NCBI RefSeq assembly: GCF_009914755.1
Contig: NC_060940.1
Source of the DNA: the human T2T-CHM13v2.0 reference genome, Homo sapiens
DNA length: 64,000 bases
Direction: 5' to 3' (one strand)
The position numbers and the translations under genes were made by a program. The notes below the pieces were generated by a model. It saw only the letters and a program-made list of their open reading frames with translations. It ran no database searches and had not been told where the DNA came from. How positions within the stretch are numbered: the stretch's first letter is position 1; each line of letters starts with the position of its first letter. Of the stretch, positions 1-14,084 are shown piece after piece.

Positions 1-2938
1 AACCTATAGAACAATAACACATTTTTTAAAAAGGGTATTTGGGCAACAAATAGCATGATAAATAGAATAGTACCTCACACCTCAATATTAACATTGAATT
101 TTAAATGGCCTAAATGCTCTACTTAAAAGATACAGAAAGGCAGAATGGATAAGAATTCACCAGCCAAATTTCTGCTGTCTTCAGAAGACTCAACAACACA
201 TAAGGACTCACATAAACTTAAGGTAAAGGGGTGGAAAAAGCTATTCCATGAAAATGGACATCAAAAGCAAGCAGGTGTAGCTATTCTTATATCAGACAAA
301 ACAAACTTTAAAGCAACAGCAGTTAAAAAAAACAAAAAGGGACATGATATAATGATAAAAGGTCTAGTCCAACAGGACAATATCACAATTCTAAATATAT
401 ATGCACCTAACACTGGAGCTCCCTAATTTATAAAACAAGTACTACTAGACCTAAGAAATGATATAGATGGCAATGCAATAATAGTAGGGGGCTTTAATAC
501 TCTACTGACAACGCTAGACAGGTCATCAAGACAGAAAGTCAACAGAGAAACAATGGACTTTATACCCTACAACAAATGGGCTTAACAGATATTTACAGAA
601 CATTCTATCCAACAACTGCAGGATATATATTCTATTCATCAGCACATGGAACATTCTCCAAGATAGACCATATAATACCAAAACAATGCTCAGTAAATTT
701 AAGAAATTATATCAAGTACTCTTTAAGACCACAGTAGAATAAAATTGGAAATCAGCTCCAAAAGGAGCCAAGACCATGCAATACCTGGAAATTAAATAAC
801 CTGCTCCTGAATGATTGTTGAGTCAACAATGAAATCAAGATGAAAATTAAAAGTTTATTTGAACTGAATGATAATAGTGACACAACCTATCAAAACCTCT
901 GGGGTACAGCAAAAGTGGTGCTAAGAGGAAAGTTCATAGCATCAAATGCCTATATCAAAAAGTCTGAAAGAGCACAAATAGAGAATCTAAGGTCACACTT
1001 CATGGAACTGGAGGAACAAAAACAATCCTAATCCAAACCAGCAGAAGAAAACAAATAACGAAGATTAGAGCAGAAATAAATGAAATTGAAAAAAATACAA
1101 AAGATGAATGAAACAAAAAGCTAGTTCTTTGAAAAGATAAATAAAATTGATAGACCATTAGCAAGATTAACCAAGAAAAGAAGGGAGGAAATTCAAATAA
1201 GCTCAATTAGAAACAAAACAGGAGATATTACAACTGATACCACAGAAATACAAAAGATTATTCAAGGCTACAGTGAACACCTTTACATAAACTCTAAAAC
1301 CTATGAGATTAATAAATTCCAGGAAATATGCAACCATCCTAGATTAAACCCGGAAGATATAGAATCTCTGAACAGACCAATAACAAGCAGTGAGATTGAG
1401 ATGGCAATAAAAAAATTGCCAACAAAAAAAAGTCCAGGACAAGACAGATTCACAGCTGAATTCTACCAGACATTCAAAGAAGATTTAGTACCAATCCTAT
1501 TGACACTATTCCAAAAGATAGAGAAAGAGGGAATCTTCCCTAAAACATTGTGTGAAGCCAGTATCACCCTGATACCAAAACCAGGGAAGAAAATAACAAA
1601 AAAAAGGAAACTACAGACCAATATCCCTAATGAACATAGATGTAAAAATCCTCAACAAAATACTAGCAAACCAAATCCAACAGCGTGTCAAAAAGAGAAT
1701 CCACCATGATCAAGTGGGTTTCATTACCATGGATGCAGGGGTGGTTTAACATACCTAAGTCAATAAATGTGATACACCACATAAACAGAATTATTAATAA
1801 AAACAAAAATTACATGATCATTTCCATAGATACAGAAAAAGCATTTGACAAAATCTAGCATCTGTTTATCATTAAAACCCTCAGCAGAATCAGCATAGAA
1901 GGGACATACCTTAAGGTAATAAAAGTCATCTACAACAAACCCACAGTCAACATTGTATTGAACAGGGAAAAGTTGAAAGCATTCTCCCTGAGAACTGGAA
2001 CAAGACAAGGATGCTAACTTTCACCACTTTTATTCAACATTGTACTGGAAATCCTAGTCAGAGCAATCAGAGAAGAGAAAGAAATAAATGGCATCCAAAT
2101 CAATAAAGAGGAAGTCAAACTGTTGCTGTTTGCGGATGATATAATCATATACCTAGAAAACCCTAAAGACTCATTCAAAAAGCTTCTAGAACTGGTAAGT
2201 GAATTCAGCAATGTTTCAGAATACAAAATTAATGTACATAAATCAGTAGCTCCGCTATATACCAACAGCAACCAGGCTGAGAATAAAATCAGAACTCAGC
2301 CCCTTTCACAATAGCTGCAAAAAATAAAATAAAATACTTAGGAATATACCTAACCAAGGAAGTGAAAGCCCTCTACAAGGAAAAGTACAAAACACTGATA
2401 AAAGAAATCATAGAGGACACAAACAAATGGAAACACACCCCATGCTCATGGATGGATAGAATCAATATTGTGAAAATGACCATAGTGCCAAAAACAATCT
2501 ACAAATTCAATGCAATTCCCATCAAAATACCACCATCATTCTTCACAGAACTAGAAAAAACAATCCTAAAATTCATATGGAATCACAAAAGAGCCCGCAC
2601 AGCCAAAGCAAGACTAAGGAAAAAATAAAAAATAAAAACCCAAAGAAACAAATCTGGAGGCATCACATTACCTGACTTCAAACTATACTATAAGGCCATA
2701 GTCACCAAAACAGCATGGTACTGGTATAAAAATAGGCACATAGACCAATGGAACAGAATAGAAAACCCAGAAATAAAGCCAAATACTTAGAGCCAACTCA
2801 TCTTCAACAAAGCAAGCAAAAACATAAAATGGGGAAAGGACACCGTATTCAACAAATGATGTTGGAATAATTGGCAAGCCACATGTAGAAGAATAAAACT
2901 GGATCCTCATCTCTCACCTTATACAAAAATCAACTCGA

Positions 2939-3238
2939 GGCCAGGTGCAGTCGCTCATGCCTGTAATCCCAGCAATTTGGGAGGCTGAGGTGGTTGGATT
3001 ACCTGAGGTCAGGAGTTCGAGACTAGCCTGGCCAACATGGCAAAACCCCATTTCTACTAAAAATAAAGAAAAAAAATTAGCCAGGCATGGTGGCATGTGC
3101 CTGTAATCCTAACTACTCAGGAGGCTGAGGCAGGAGAATAGCTTGAACCCAGGAGGCAGAGATTTCAGTGAGCTGAGATCATGCCACTACACTCCAGCCT
3201 GGGCAACAGAGCAAAACTCTTCTCAAAAAAAAAAAAAA
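2939..3238 (+). mobile_element. AluS (AluSx-like) inserted in L1PB
   Basis: Dimeric Alu with poly(A); aaaaatcaact flanks both ends (TSD). Confidence 0.95.
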
Positions 3239-3835
3239 TCAACTAAAGATGGGTCAAAGACTTAAATCTAAGACCTGAAACCATAAAGATTCTAGAAGTT
3301 AACATGGGAAAAACCCTTCTAGACATTGGCTTAGGCAAAGACTTCATGACCAAGAGCCTAAAAGCAAATGCAACAAAAATGGAGATAAATAGATGAGACT
3401 TAATTAAAGTAAAAAGCTCTGCACAGCAAAAGAAATAATCAGCAGAGTTAACAGACAACCCACAGGGTGGGAGAAAATCTTCACAATCTATACATCCCAC
3501 AAAGGACTAATATCCAGAATCTATAAAGAACTCAAACAAATCAGCAAGAAAAAAAAATCCCATCAAAGAGTGGACTAAGGACATGAATAGACAATTCTCA
3601 AAAGAAGATATACAAATGTCCAAGAAGCATATGGGAAAATGCACAACATTACTAATTATCAGGAAAATGCAAATCAAACCACAATGTGATACCACCTCAC
3701 TCCTGCAAGAGTGGCCATAATAATAATAATAAAAAATAGATGTTGGCATGGATGTGATGAAAAGAGAACACTTTTACACTGCTGGTGGGAATGTAAAGTA
3801 GTACAACCATTACAGAAAACAACGTGGAGATTCTG

Positions 3836-3869
3836 ACACTTGGTCTTAGCCAAAAGGCTGATAAGTGAT
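3836..3869 (-). pseudogene. 3'-truncated (tailless) U2 snRNA retropseudogene, U2 nt 1-34
   Basis: The reverse complement ATCACTTATCAGCCTTTTGGCTAAGACCAAGTGT matches U2 ATCGCTTCTCGGCCTTTTGGCTAAGATCAAGTGT at 30/34. A perfect 10-bp TSD tggagattct lies at 3825-3834 and 3869-3878, interrupting L1 sequence. Confidence 0.9.
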
Positions 3870-4497
3870 GGAGATTCTTTAAAGAACTAAAAGTAAGTCT
3901 ACCATTTGATCCAGCAATCCCACTACTGGGTATCTACCCAGAGGAACATAAATCATTATGCAAAAAAGATACTTGCATATGCATGTTTATAGCAGCACAA
4001 TTTGCAATTGCAAAAATATGGAACCAGTCAGAATGCCCATCAATTAACAAGTGGATGAAGAAAATGTGGTGTATATATATATATACACACACCGTGGAAT
4101 ACTACTCATCCATTAAAAAGAATGAAATAATGCCATTCGCAGCAATTTGGATGGAATTGGAGACTATTATTCTAAGTGAAGTAATTTAGGAATGGAAAAA
4201 CAAACGTCATATGTTCACAGTCATGTGTGGAAGCTAAGCTATGAGGACTCAAAGACATAAGAATAATACATGGGACTTTGGGGACTCAGGGGAAAACGGT
4301 GGGAGATGGCAAGGGATAAAAGACTACACATTGGGTACAGTGTACACTGTTCAGGTGATGGGTGCACAAAAATCTCAGAAATTACCACTAAATAACTTAT
4401 TTGTGTAACAAAACATCACGTTTCCCAAAGATCTATTGAAATAAAAAATAAAAAATTTAAAAAATAAAAATGAATAAAAGCATTTTAATTAAAGAAA

Positions 4498-4711
4498 AAA
4501 AAAGAGACCCCCAAGAGCTAGTTAGCTCCTTCCACTGGGAGGACATGGGGAGAAGGCACAATCTATGAACCAGGAAACAGGCTGTTACCAGAATCTGGTG
4601 GTGCCTTGATCTTGGATTTCCCAGCCTCTAGAACTGTGTGAAATAAATATTTGCTGTTTATAAGCCACCAGTTTATGATATTTTGTTATGGCATTCTTAA
4701 AGAACTTAGAT
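4498..4711 (+). mobile_element. MLT1A-type MaLR LTR, 3' half
   Basis: gccttgatcttggatttcccagcctctagaactgtg...aaataaat...ataagccacc...ttttgttatggca is typical of the MLT1A 3' half. Confidence 0.75.
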
Positions 4712-4719
4712 AATCCTTA

Positions 4720-6450
4720 CACCTCCACATGCAATGAGTATTAATATGTACCACTTGATATGAGACATAAAAACTTTGCAATCATATAAATCCATTTACT
4801 GCCCCTCCACCACTGTATCCAGCCATCCTGTATGCTATTCTTATATTATATTTACATTTATAAACTCTACACTACAATATCATATTTTTTGCTTTAAAGT
4901 ACTTTATGTATGTTAAATAAATTAAGAGAAAAAAATAGCCTTGTATATTTACCCAGATATTTACCATTTACTATGCTCTTCATTTGCCTTTGGCCTGAAG
5001 AGTTCCTTTTCACATTTTTTTGTAGTACAGATCTGATGAGGACACATTCTCTTAATTTTCTTTTATCTGAAATGTCTCTATTTCACCTTCATTATTAAAA
5101 GATGTTTTCACTGGATATAGAATTCCGAGTTATTTTTTATCTTCCAGTACTTTGAAGACACAATCTTTTGGTCTTTATATCTCTGACAAGAAGTTAGTGA
5201 AATTTCAAATGATGTCCCTGTATGTAATGTTATTTTTTTTTCTAGCTTGGTGCATGATTTTCTTTCTATTTTTTAATTTTCAAGAGTTTGGCTATGATGT
5301 GCCCAGGTGTGGGTTTCTTGGTACTTATCCTGCTTGGTATTCACGGAGGTTCTTAAATCTGTAAATTTATATCTTTCATTAAATTTGGGAAAACTTCAGC
5401 CATCATTTCTTCAAAACATTTTTTTCTGCTTTATTATCTCTCTCCTTTACTTCTGGGACTCCAATTACATGTACTATAGGCTTTCCCTTAGGATCCACAT
5501 TATTTTTTTAATCTTTGTTCTTTCTGTTGTTCAGAGACAAACTTCTGCTGCTAAGCCTAATAGATTAATTTTTATTCCAGACACTGTATTTTTCAGCTCC
5601 AGAATTTCTATCATTTTTTAAAAATAGTTGTATTTCTCTGCTAAGATTTCATTCACTGTGAAGCTATTTTTCTTTTGGTCCGTGAGCATAGTTATAATAG
5701 TGGCTTTTACATTTCTGTTATTAATTCTAACAGCTGAGTCATGTCAGCATTGGTCTCCATTGATTATCTTTTTGCTCAAGAATGGGTCACAAAATTCTTG
5801 TTCTCTCTTTTATGTTGAATGATTGTGGGTTGTACTGGGGAAGTTATGAATGCTATGTTGTGAAGATTCTGGACTCTGTTATATTTCTCTGAAGATTATT
5901 GATTTTGATTTGCTTGTTTTGGCAAGCAATTACCTTGGTTAGACTTAAACCACAAACTCTATCTTTTGGGAAGCAAGTCAATTCTCAGTTTAGTTATTTT
6001 ATCATTAGCTGGATTTATTCCCATGCATGCATATTTTAGGGGTCAAGCCAAGATTTAGGCAGAGTTAATATGCAGAGTTTGGGGGCTCTCTCCTTAGCTC
6101 ACTCCTTTCCAAGGAAGGTTCTCCTTTGCCTTCCAGTAACTCTGCTTGTTTCAAACATTGTTATTTGATTCTTCAGGCCAGAAAGGCTCTGGGTTTTCTA
6201 TCAAAGTTTTAGCTATATCTTGTGAGGTTGATTTCAGCCTGCTGCCTGGCTAAAAGCTATAGAAGTGGGTAACTCACCCTGTGTCATTCTCTTCTCTTAA
6301 GGGTTGGCTCTCTAAGATCTGCCTTATTTATTCACTCTCTGATCCCTTCAGGTCAATGGTGTTTTTGTATTTTGTGCAGTTTATAGCTGTTGTCTGCAGG
6401 AGGGTCAGGCCTGGTAAGAACTTACTTGGTTATGCTGAAAGTGGAACTAA
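4720..6450 (-). mobile_element. Old L1M (L1MD/L1ME-like) 5'/ORF1 region, antisense
   Basis: T-rich, with L1M antisense hallmarks (tttcactggatatagaatt, tatgatgtgcccaggtgtgg, aaatttgggaaaacttcagccat). Confidence 0.65.
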
Positions 6451-6494
6451 CATTCAGTGTAGTGATTAACTTAATAATTAAATGTATGAATTTA

Positions 6495-6824
<330 letters not shown>

Positions 6825-7564
6825 TCATCTATTTTTTTATGTTGAACTTCTCCCACAGATTATTTTTCAATTAAAAAATAAGATTTTATTGTTTACCAAG
6901 TTGAGGTTTCTAGGCAATTATGTTTCCTGGGGTTCTCACCATTCCCAGCCTTGACTCTAGCATGCTGAGATTGGTGTACTTGGTACAGTACCAGACCCTG
7001 GGAACCAGAGAGCCAGTTTTGTTCTTTCATAGCAACCCTTGTCATCTGCAGAGGCATTGTTAATTTTCCCAAAGTCCCCACATCTATAGTTGCATCTCAG
7101 CTTCATGATAGCGTCAGAAGTCTAGGCGGGCAGATGGTATGTCCTTTTGACAGATAAGGAGATTGAGGACAATGGTGAGAATTAACTTCCCTAAGAAGGC
7201 TGAAACCCGGGACTCCCAGCTTCAGCCTATTGTCTTTCTCCCAGACCTCACTGGGCAGAATGACAGAGAGGTTTGGGTTATCTCCCATTCATGATGAGAT
7301 GCCAGGGGCAATGCCTGGATCCCATTCATGGCAAGGAAGTCCTCCAGGCTATCCTTCAAACTCCGCCTCTCTTGTCACTTGACAGTGCGGGTGGGGCAGG
7401 CTGTTTCACCTCTCCAAGTGTTATTACCTCCCCTGCAGAAGAATGAATTAAGTTGTAAGATTTCTGTGTTTCTTTTAGTATTTTAACAGTTTCTATTTTC
7501 TAATATTATATGCTTAATTTTATCTGGCTAACTAGACTGCATTCTTTTTGATGTCTCTGCCTCT

Positions 7565-7850
7565 TTCATTCATTCATTCAGCCATTTAACAGAAATTTTC
7601 TGAGCACCTAGCGTGGTAGGAACTGCCCTATAAGCCAGGACATGGGCCTGAACAGTTGCAGTCCCTGCCTTGTTAGAGGCCCCAGTGTAACGGGAGAGAC
7701 AGATAACAGGTGGCTTATGAACCCATTCAGCAAGTGCTATGACAGAGTAATACAGGGGGCTATGGGAGCAGCAAGAAGGGAGCCCAACCCAGGTTTTGGG
7801 CTGAGAGTGTATGCAGTGACGAGAGAAGACATCTGGACACGGTGACACCA
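7565..7850 (-). mobile_element. L2 3' fragment
   Basis: cattcattcattca...ctgagcacct is the antisense L2 tail. Confidence 0.65.
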
Positions 7851-7859
7851 GGTGAGCAG

Positions 7860-8195
7860 TAATAATAACAACAGTAATAATAACTCACATTTATTGACAT
7901 CTCCCATTAGCATGGCCAACCACCTCCGTTTGCCCTGGACTGATTTGTTTCCTGGGATATGGGACTTTCAGCGCTAAAATCTAGAAAGTCCCATGTGTCA
8001 GACACAGTTGTAAGCACATTACATATATTAACCCATTTCATCCACACAATAACTCTACTCGATGGTGTTATTATTATCCCCATTTTACGTAGGAGGAACC
8101 CAAGGCAGAACGAGGTTTGTAACCTGACTAGGACATCCAGCCAGAGCTAGGCAGAGCCACGATCTGAACCCAGAGTGCGTGCTTTTGAACGTGAC
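7860..8195 (-). mobile_element. MIR interrupted by a MER81-like hAT fragment (7908-7992)
   Basis: MIR core attatccccattttac...aggaacccaaggc. The insert gtttgccctggactg...gggactttcagcgctaaaa...aaagtccc resembles MER81. Confidence 0.6.
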
Positions 8196-8622
8196 CACAC
8201 GTTGAGTGGGTACTAGCTGCATGGAGGCAAGAGAAGACAGGGGTTAAGGGCACTGGCTTCGGTGATTATGGCTCAGGAGCTGCATGAGTGAGACACCCTT
8301 TCTCATTTTCCCCATCTGTGAAACGGGGATCCTCCCAGCACCTACTTTACAGGTTGTTGGGTTTACTTAATAAGCTATGGTGTGCTATGCACTTAGTATA
8401 GGGCTTGACTCATTGGACATGGTTGTAAGTGATCATTCTTGTCATTATTACAGGGAAGGGGATGGGAGATTTTGAGGATGAGGGAACAGCCTGTAGGGAA
8501 GCTCAGAAGTGAGAGAGAAATGGGGAAATGAGAAAGTTCTCTCCGTCTGGGCACAGAAGACTGGGGAGACAGAGGCAAGAGCTGGGGTCAGACATGACTT
8601 TAATTTTCCAAACCTGGTTTGG

Positions 8623-9362
<740 letters not shown>

Positions 9363-9699
9363 GTCTGCTGTCCTGGAGAAACTATTAATAGTGTCACCTT
9401 TTACTCTCAGGAGTGTCCCAGATTATGTGTTGGATTCCACGGGCACCTCACCACACTAACACAGGCCCGGGCACCTAAGGGTGCGCAGTAAACATTGCCA
9501 CCCACAGGTGAGATGAGGGCATCCCTTTCTTCTCAGGCATCCAGAACCCCAGGCTATGGGTCTTCTTCCAACCCTCTCCTGTCCCTGGTTCCAGCGCTCC
9601 CGCCCTGGAACGTGGGGGTGTTCAGGGGAGAGGTATCCCCAGGCATGGTGCTGCTATTTCAGGGCAGACAATGGCTTCCTTCTCTAGCCCAAATGAAAC

Positions 9700-10260
9700 C
9701 TTTCCTCTCCCAAATTCCTCAGCCCTCTCATTAGCGGTTGTGTTTGTGGATAATAGCTATAATGAGGAGGCAATAAAAAAATCCAGAATGTGCCGCCCGG
9801 CCTCTCCTTAACCCTTCCACGGGGAGCGCCTGCCGGCTCCGGCTGAGGTCTTAATGACTCCGACGCAAACCCAGGGGCCGGGAGTGGGCATTTGTATTAC
9901 AGCTGGATTATTTAATCCCCATTAGTTAAAAATGCCGGGCCACAGGCCAGGAGCCCAGGAAAATAAGTGGCGACAGGTGAGAGAAAAATAGCCTCCCAGA
10001 GGCCTCGGCGGCCACTTCAAAGGCCATGGCCCAGCCAGGTAATTGAGGCCCTAATGGACGCCATGTCCGGGAAACAGCTTGGCCAGAGATGCCCCTCCGT
10101 ACAGGAAAGTGGACGGGCAGAGGGGTGGGGAGAGGCAGCGCTAGCCAGGCCAGGCCCAGAATGGCCCCTGTAATTAGGCCAGAATGGAGCAAATACCTTT
10201 TTTGTCAGGCGCTGTGTGGCGTTCTCATGACTTCCATTTTGGGAGGTGAGAGGAGTGTCT
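9700..10260. promoter_or_regulatory. Candidate developmental enhancer (homeodomain-motif cluster)
   Basis: Repeat-free and CpG-retaining. Motifs: TCATTA 9728, TTAATGA 9851, GGATTA-TT-TAATCC 9905-9918, GTAATTG ~10039, TAATTAG ~10171. Confidence 0.5.
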
Positions 10261-10349
10261 TGAACTAGACGTGAACAGGGCTCGGGAAAAACTGGTCTCT
10301 GCACTGCACCAGCCGCCACCCAGATTGGTACTTCAAGGGACGAAGCAAT

Positions 10350-10512
10350 TGTGTGACTGTGTGTTCATGTATGTGTGTTTTCACATGCATGTTTGTGTGT
10401 ATATTTATGTGTGCTTGTGTGTATGAGTGTGTTTGCACATTATATGTGCTCGTGTGTATGTGTATATTTGTGTGTATGTGCATCTTTGTGGATATATGTG
10501 TGTGTGTGTGTA
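10350..10512. repeat. Degenerate (TG/TA)n tract
   Basis: Alternating purine-pyrimidine tract ending in (GT)n. Confidence 0.9.
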
Positions 10513-11337
10513 GGGATGCCTTCCTCTCTGTCTCCCTATTTCTTTCTTCTCACATTTGGAATCTCACTGCAAGAAGTTATGGCAGCATCCTGTATCCACT
10601 TGCTTCCTTAGAACAGTCTCCCCATCCTTTAGACTGTCCAGTTGAGTTTCTAGAATTCCAGCTCAGGGCTGAAGGCTGGGGTGGTTATTGAGATGGCAGC
10701 TTCAATCAGCAGGGTGCCAGGAAGGAGCTCCTCTGCCCTGCAATAGCGATGGGCCGGTCTGGGCCCCAACTGCCCCTCTTGGCAGAATTCACTTATCAGC
10801 TGCCCCAGTGCTCACACTCCCAACAAAGGGGCCCCAAGGATCAAGTTGCCCAGGTCCAGAGAAGCAGTAAAGCAAAATGCAGCCATTCCCATGTGCAGGT
10901 CCCTGGAGGACCTCCTTCACTTTTGTGCCTCATATTCACAGGCTACTTTGACCATGACTCGTTACATTATTTTTCATTAAGCCAACTCATTTCCTAACTG
11001 AAATTTATTTTAAAAAGAAACGTTTCATTGCTACCAGAAATGGAAAAATCAATATCACTTGACATAAATAGCAGATAGTGATAAAAATGAACACAATGAA
11101 AATAGCAGGAGATTTTAAATTCCAGCTAGCTACTCTGGTCAGTTCAAGGTTCCACGTTCGAGGCTGGGCTTTCCTTTTGTTGAAAAGAAGCATTAGCAAA
11201 TGTTAGGGAAGTGTTAAGAAAGTCTAGCACCAATGGCTTTCTTTCTGATGTCATCCAGAAATGAAAGCGCATAAATGTTCACTGCATGGTGATGGTTGGA
11301 GTGAATGTCACTCCCAGGTGCTACCCAAATATTCGCT

Positions 11338-11356
11338 AAGCCCACAGGTGGCGCCA
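11338..11356 (+). promoter_or_regulatory. Candidate CTCF site
   Basis: AAGCCCACAGGTGGCGCCA matches the CTCF core (CCNNNAGGTGGCGC) and retains its CpG. Confidence 0.45.
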
Positions 11357-12497
11357 GTGAGCGGTTAAATGACTGGGCTTTGAAATCCCCGCTGCCCAGC
11401 ACCCCTGGGAAAGCTGGCTGGTTTCTCAAGCTTGGTTTCCTCCTCTCTAAAATGGAGGTAAAACAGGACGTATGTAGGGAGAGTTGAAGGGAATGGAAGG
11501 AAAGTTCTGTGCAAAGATGCCACACACGGTGAGCTCTCCATTGGCTCCAAGTTACTTGTGCAGAAGGAGGGCTTTGAGTGCATTCTAATAGTTGAAGTTT
11601 CCCAGGCTTGACCGAGAACTCAGTACCAAGTCGAGCTGAGCTGGGTGGGAGTCATGAGACCTTCCCTTGCCTTGAGCCAGGGAGAGAGATGGATGTTGAA
11701 AGCAGATAACAGGACCCTGCAGGCTCTTCCTCTCACACACTCACTGATTGCTAAGGTGAGGGGACGACCCCTTTTATAAGGGAGAGAGTTCCAGGGACTG
11801 GTGAGGGGTCTCCCCAAGGTCCCTTAGAGATGGGGGTGAGGCGGCTTCCTGCTCAGACCTAAGGCATAACCACTTACATAAGCCAGGCACTCTTTGGAGC
11901 ATTTATGCAAACATGAACTCACTTAGTCCCAGTGACACTTAGGGACTGTGATAGATAAATACTAGGAGTTAAGTGCTCTTGGTAGCCCCATTTTACAGGT
12001 CAGGCTGAAGAACTTGCCCAAGTTCACACAGCTCATTCATTAAGTGTTGGAGCTGGGATTTGAACCCAGCCAGGCTCTGAGCTCTTAACCACTAGGCCAG
12101 AGCTGCCTCTCTTCAGATGTACACACATGTGGCCATGGTGTATGTGGTGTGGGTGTGAGAGTGTTGTGTGTGCGTCGGTGCCTGTGTGAGTCAGATTGGG
12201 GTGTCTGCAGCTTGGGTCACCTCCAGGCAGCTGGGACCAAAGGAGTTTATTTTACAAAACCAAACCCTGCTCATTTCAGTCTGTTAACATGAAAGCTGCC
12301 TCTAATTCCATCTACAAATACCACATTCTCTGAGCTACGATTGGCAGGGGTGACCAGAATCACCCCATTTTGCGTTCCTTTGAGTCACCAAGTGGAGCAG
12401 TGGGAGTGTGGCCATAATTCAGGATTCAGCACTCAGATTTCATGAGACAACATCAGGAATGCCACTGTAACCAGCCTGACTCCTCCATGGCACAGGG

Positions 12498-12620
12498 AGG
12501 GGGCCAAGGGTGCAACCCAAGCTGCACGCTGCTGCCCGGTTCCTGCCCGGGACAGGGGGCCAAGGGTGCAACCCAAGCTGCACGCTGCTACCCGGTTCCT
12601 GCCCGGGACAGGGGCCCAAG
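12498..12620. repeat. 56-bp tandem repeat, ~2.2 copies
   Basis: Units start at 12498, 12554 and 12610; the two full copies are 55/56 identical. Confidence 0.95.
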
Positions 12621-13614
12621 TTGGCGGCCCTCCTTCGGCCCAGACAAGCATTGGCTCTGTCAGAGCTGAGGCTTAGGGCTGACTGCCCACCCGGGAACTG
12701 CCTTGCTGCCCTCCACAAAGACAGGGAGTTTGGTTTATAAATATGCACCCAGCTGGCCTCTCACCTTCTCACTGGGATTGGGCATTTCTGTGGCTATAGG
12801 ACAGGAACCCAGCTGGCTGAATGCTGCCTTTGATGCGAGCCAGAACTGCCTTCGTGCTGGGGGAAGGCAGGCCGGATGCAGGCTCTGAGGCCACGCGCTT
12901 GGGGCCCCACTGGGCACTGTGGCCCTGTAGGCTCCTGAAGGACAAGGGTGGAGGAAGCAGGGCCGGGAGTTTAGCAAAATGTATTGTTCTTTTCACTACC
13001 TGCAGCCCTGCCTCCGTCAAAGGCCCATATGGTCTCTGTCCTGGACCATCACACCCTTCCCTCCTCCATTCAATCCTCTGAGCATCCCCAGGGCTGTTGT
13101 CCTGAAGCCCACCTCTGATCTTGACCCACTTCTAATCTTGAAGCTCCAGAAGCCCATCAGTGCCCCCACCCCAAATCTTTCCTTGCACACAAGATTAAGT
13201 AAAAAATTTCTGATCATGGTTATGAAGAGCTCTCCCAGTGCAACTCCAAACTTTATCTCGTAGGTAACTTAGACACTAAGTTGGCCCTCCTAGATGCCCT
13301 TGGCTGGGCAGCTGCACCCACTGCCAGCTGCTGTGAATATTGTCCACTAAGGCTCACAGCTGCTGCTCTCTTCAGACATTGCCTTGTGCTGAAATGCCAG
13401 GGAAGTTAACCCCTTCTGCCATAAATCACTGCAGGGGAATCCCTGTCTTCGTTCTGCTTTCAGGATACCTAGCCTAAGACAGGAAAAAAGAGAAAGCAAA
13501 TCCAGGCAGCGGAAATGGGCACACGAAAAGTTTGCTAATTCTGTTTTTTCAAATGGAACAGAATTTGTCTTTTAATTTAATATAGTAAGCATTTATTAAG
13601 CATACTGTCATTCA

Positions 13615-14035
13615 CCAGGATATACATGCCCAAATCACTCATCGTATATTTACAGGCATAACATCATATATAGGCATATACATTTACACACACAATCATA
13701 CGTCATGCACATTTTCACACACAGGTGTTCATACCATGTATACATTTACCTGTAAAGCTTAGCTCATGATCCCATACCCTATATTCGCCAGGTATCTTAC
13801 TCCATATTCTATATACACTCACACACAAACATATCTTATATACATTTATGCACACACAGAACAACATGACATGTATGCACATACAATCATACACCATAGA
13901 CATTTTCACACACATGATCATGCCCCGGATACTTTTATATATTCACAGTTCTACTCCATATATATTTACATATCTATAGCCACACGTCATATTAATTTAT
14001 ATGCACATTTATTCATTTTATCCATAAAGTGTGTA
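13615..14035. repeat. Degenerate (CA/TA)n low-complexity tract
   Basis: catatacacacac-type sequence over ~400 bp. Confidence 0.8.
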
Positions 14036-14084
14036 TTTACTCTGGTTTCTGGGTAAGGTGGTGGCTTATTTCCTTAAAAAGAAA

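Larger units (their letters stand above)
1..4495 (+). mobile_element. LINE-1, L1PB-type; degraded ORF2 plus 3' UTR and A tail; 5' part lies outside the window
   Basis: ORF fragments match the L1 ORF2 endonuclease (GVAILISDK, ILNIYAPNTGAP), the RT (LFADD at 2123) and the C-terminus. There are many stops and frameshifts. The L1PB-like 3' UTR (gggtacagtgtacactg...aaatctcagaaattaccactaaa) is followed by an A-rich tail at ~4438-4495. Confidence 0.95.

Noticed and set aside
145-4189. ORFs resembling endonuclease and reverse transcriptase
   Set aside because: They are fragments of a dead L1PB ORF2, broken by many stops and frameshifts, an Alu and the U2 insert.
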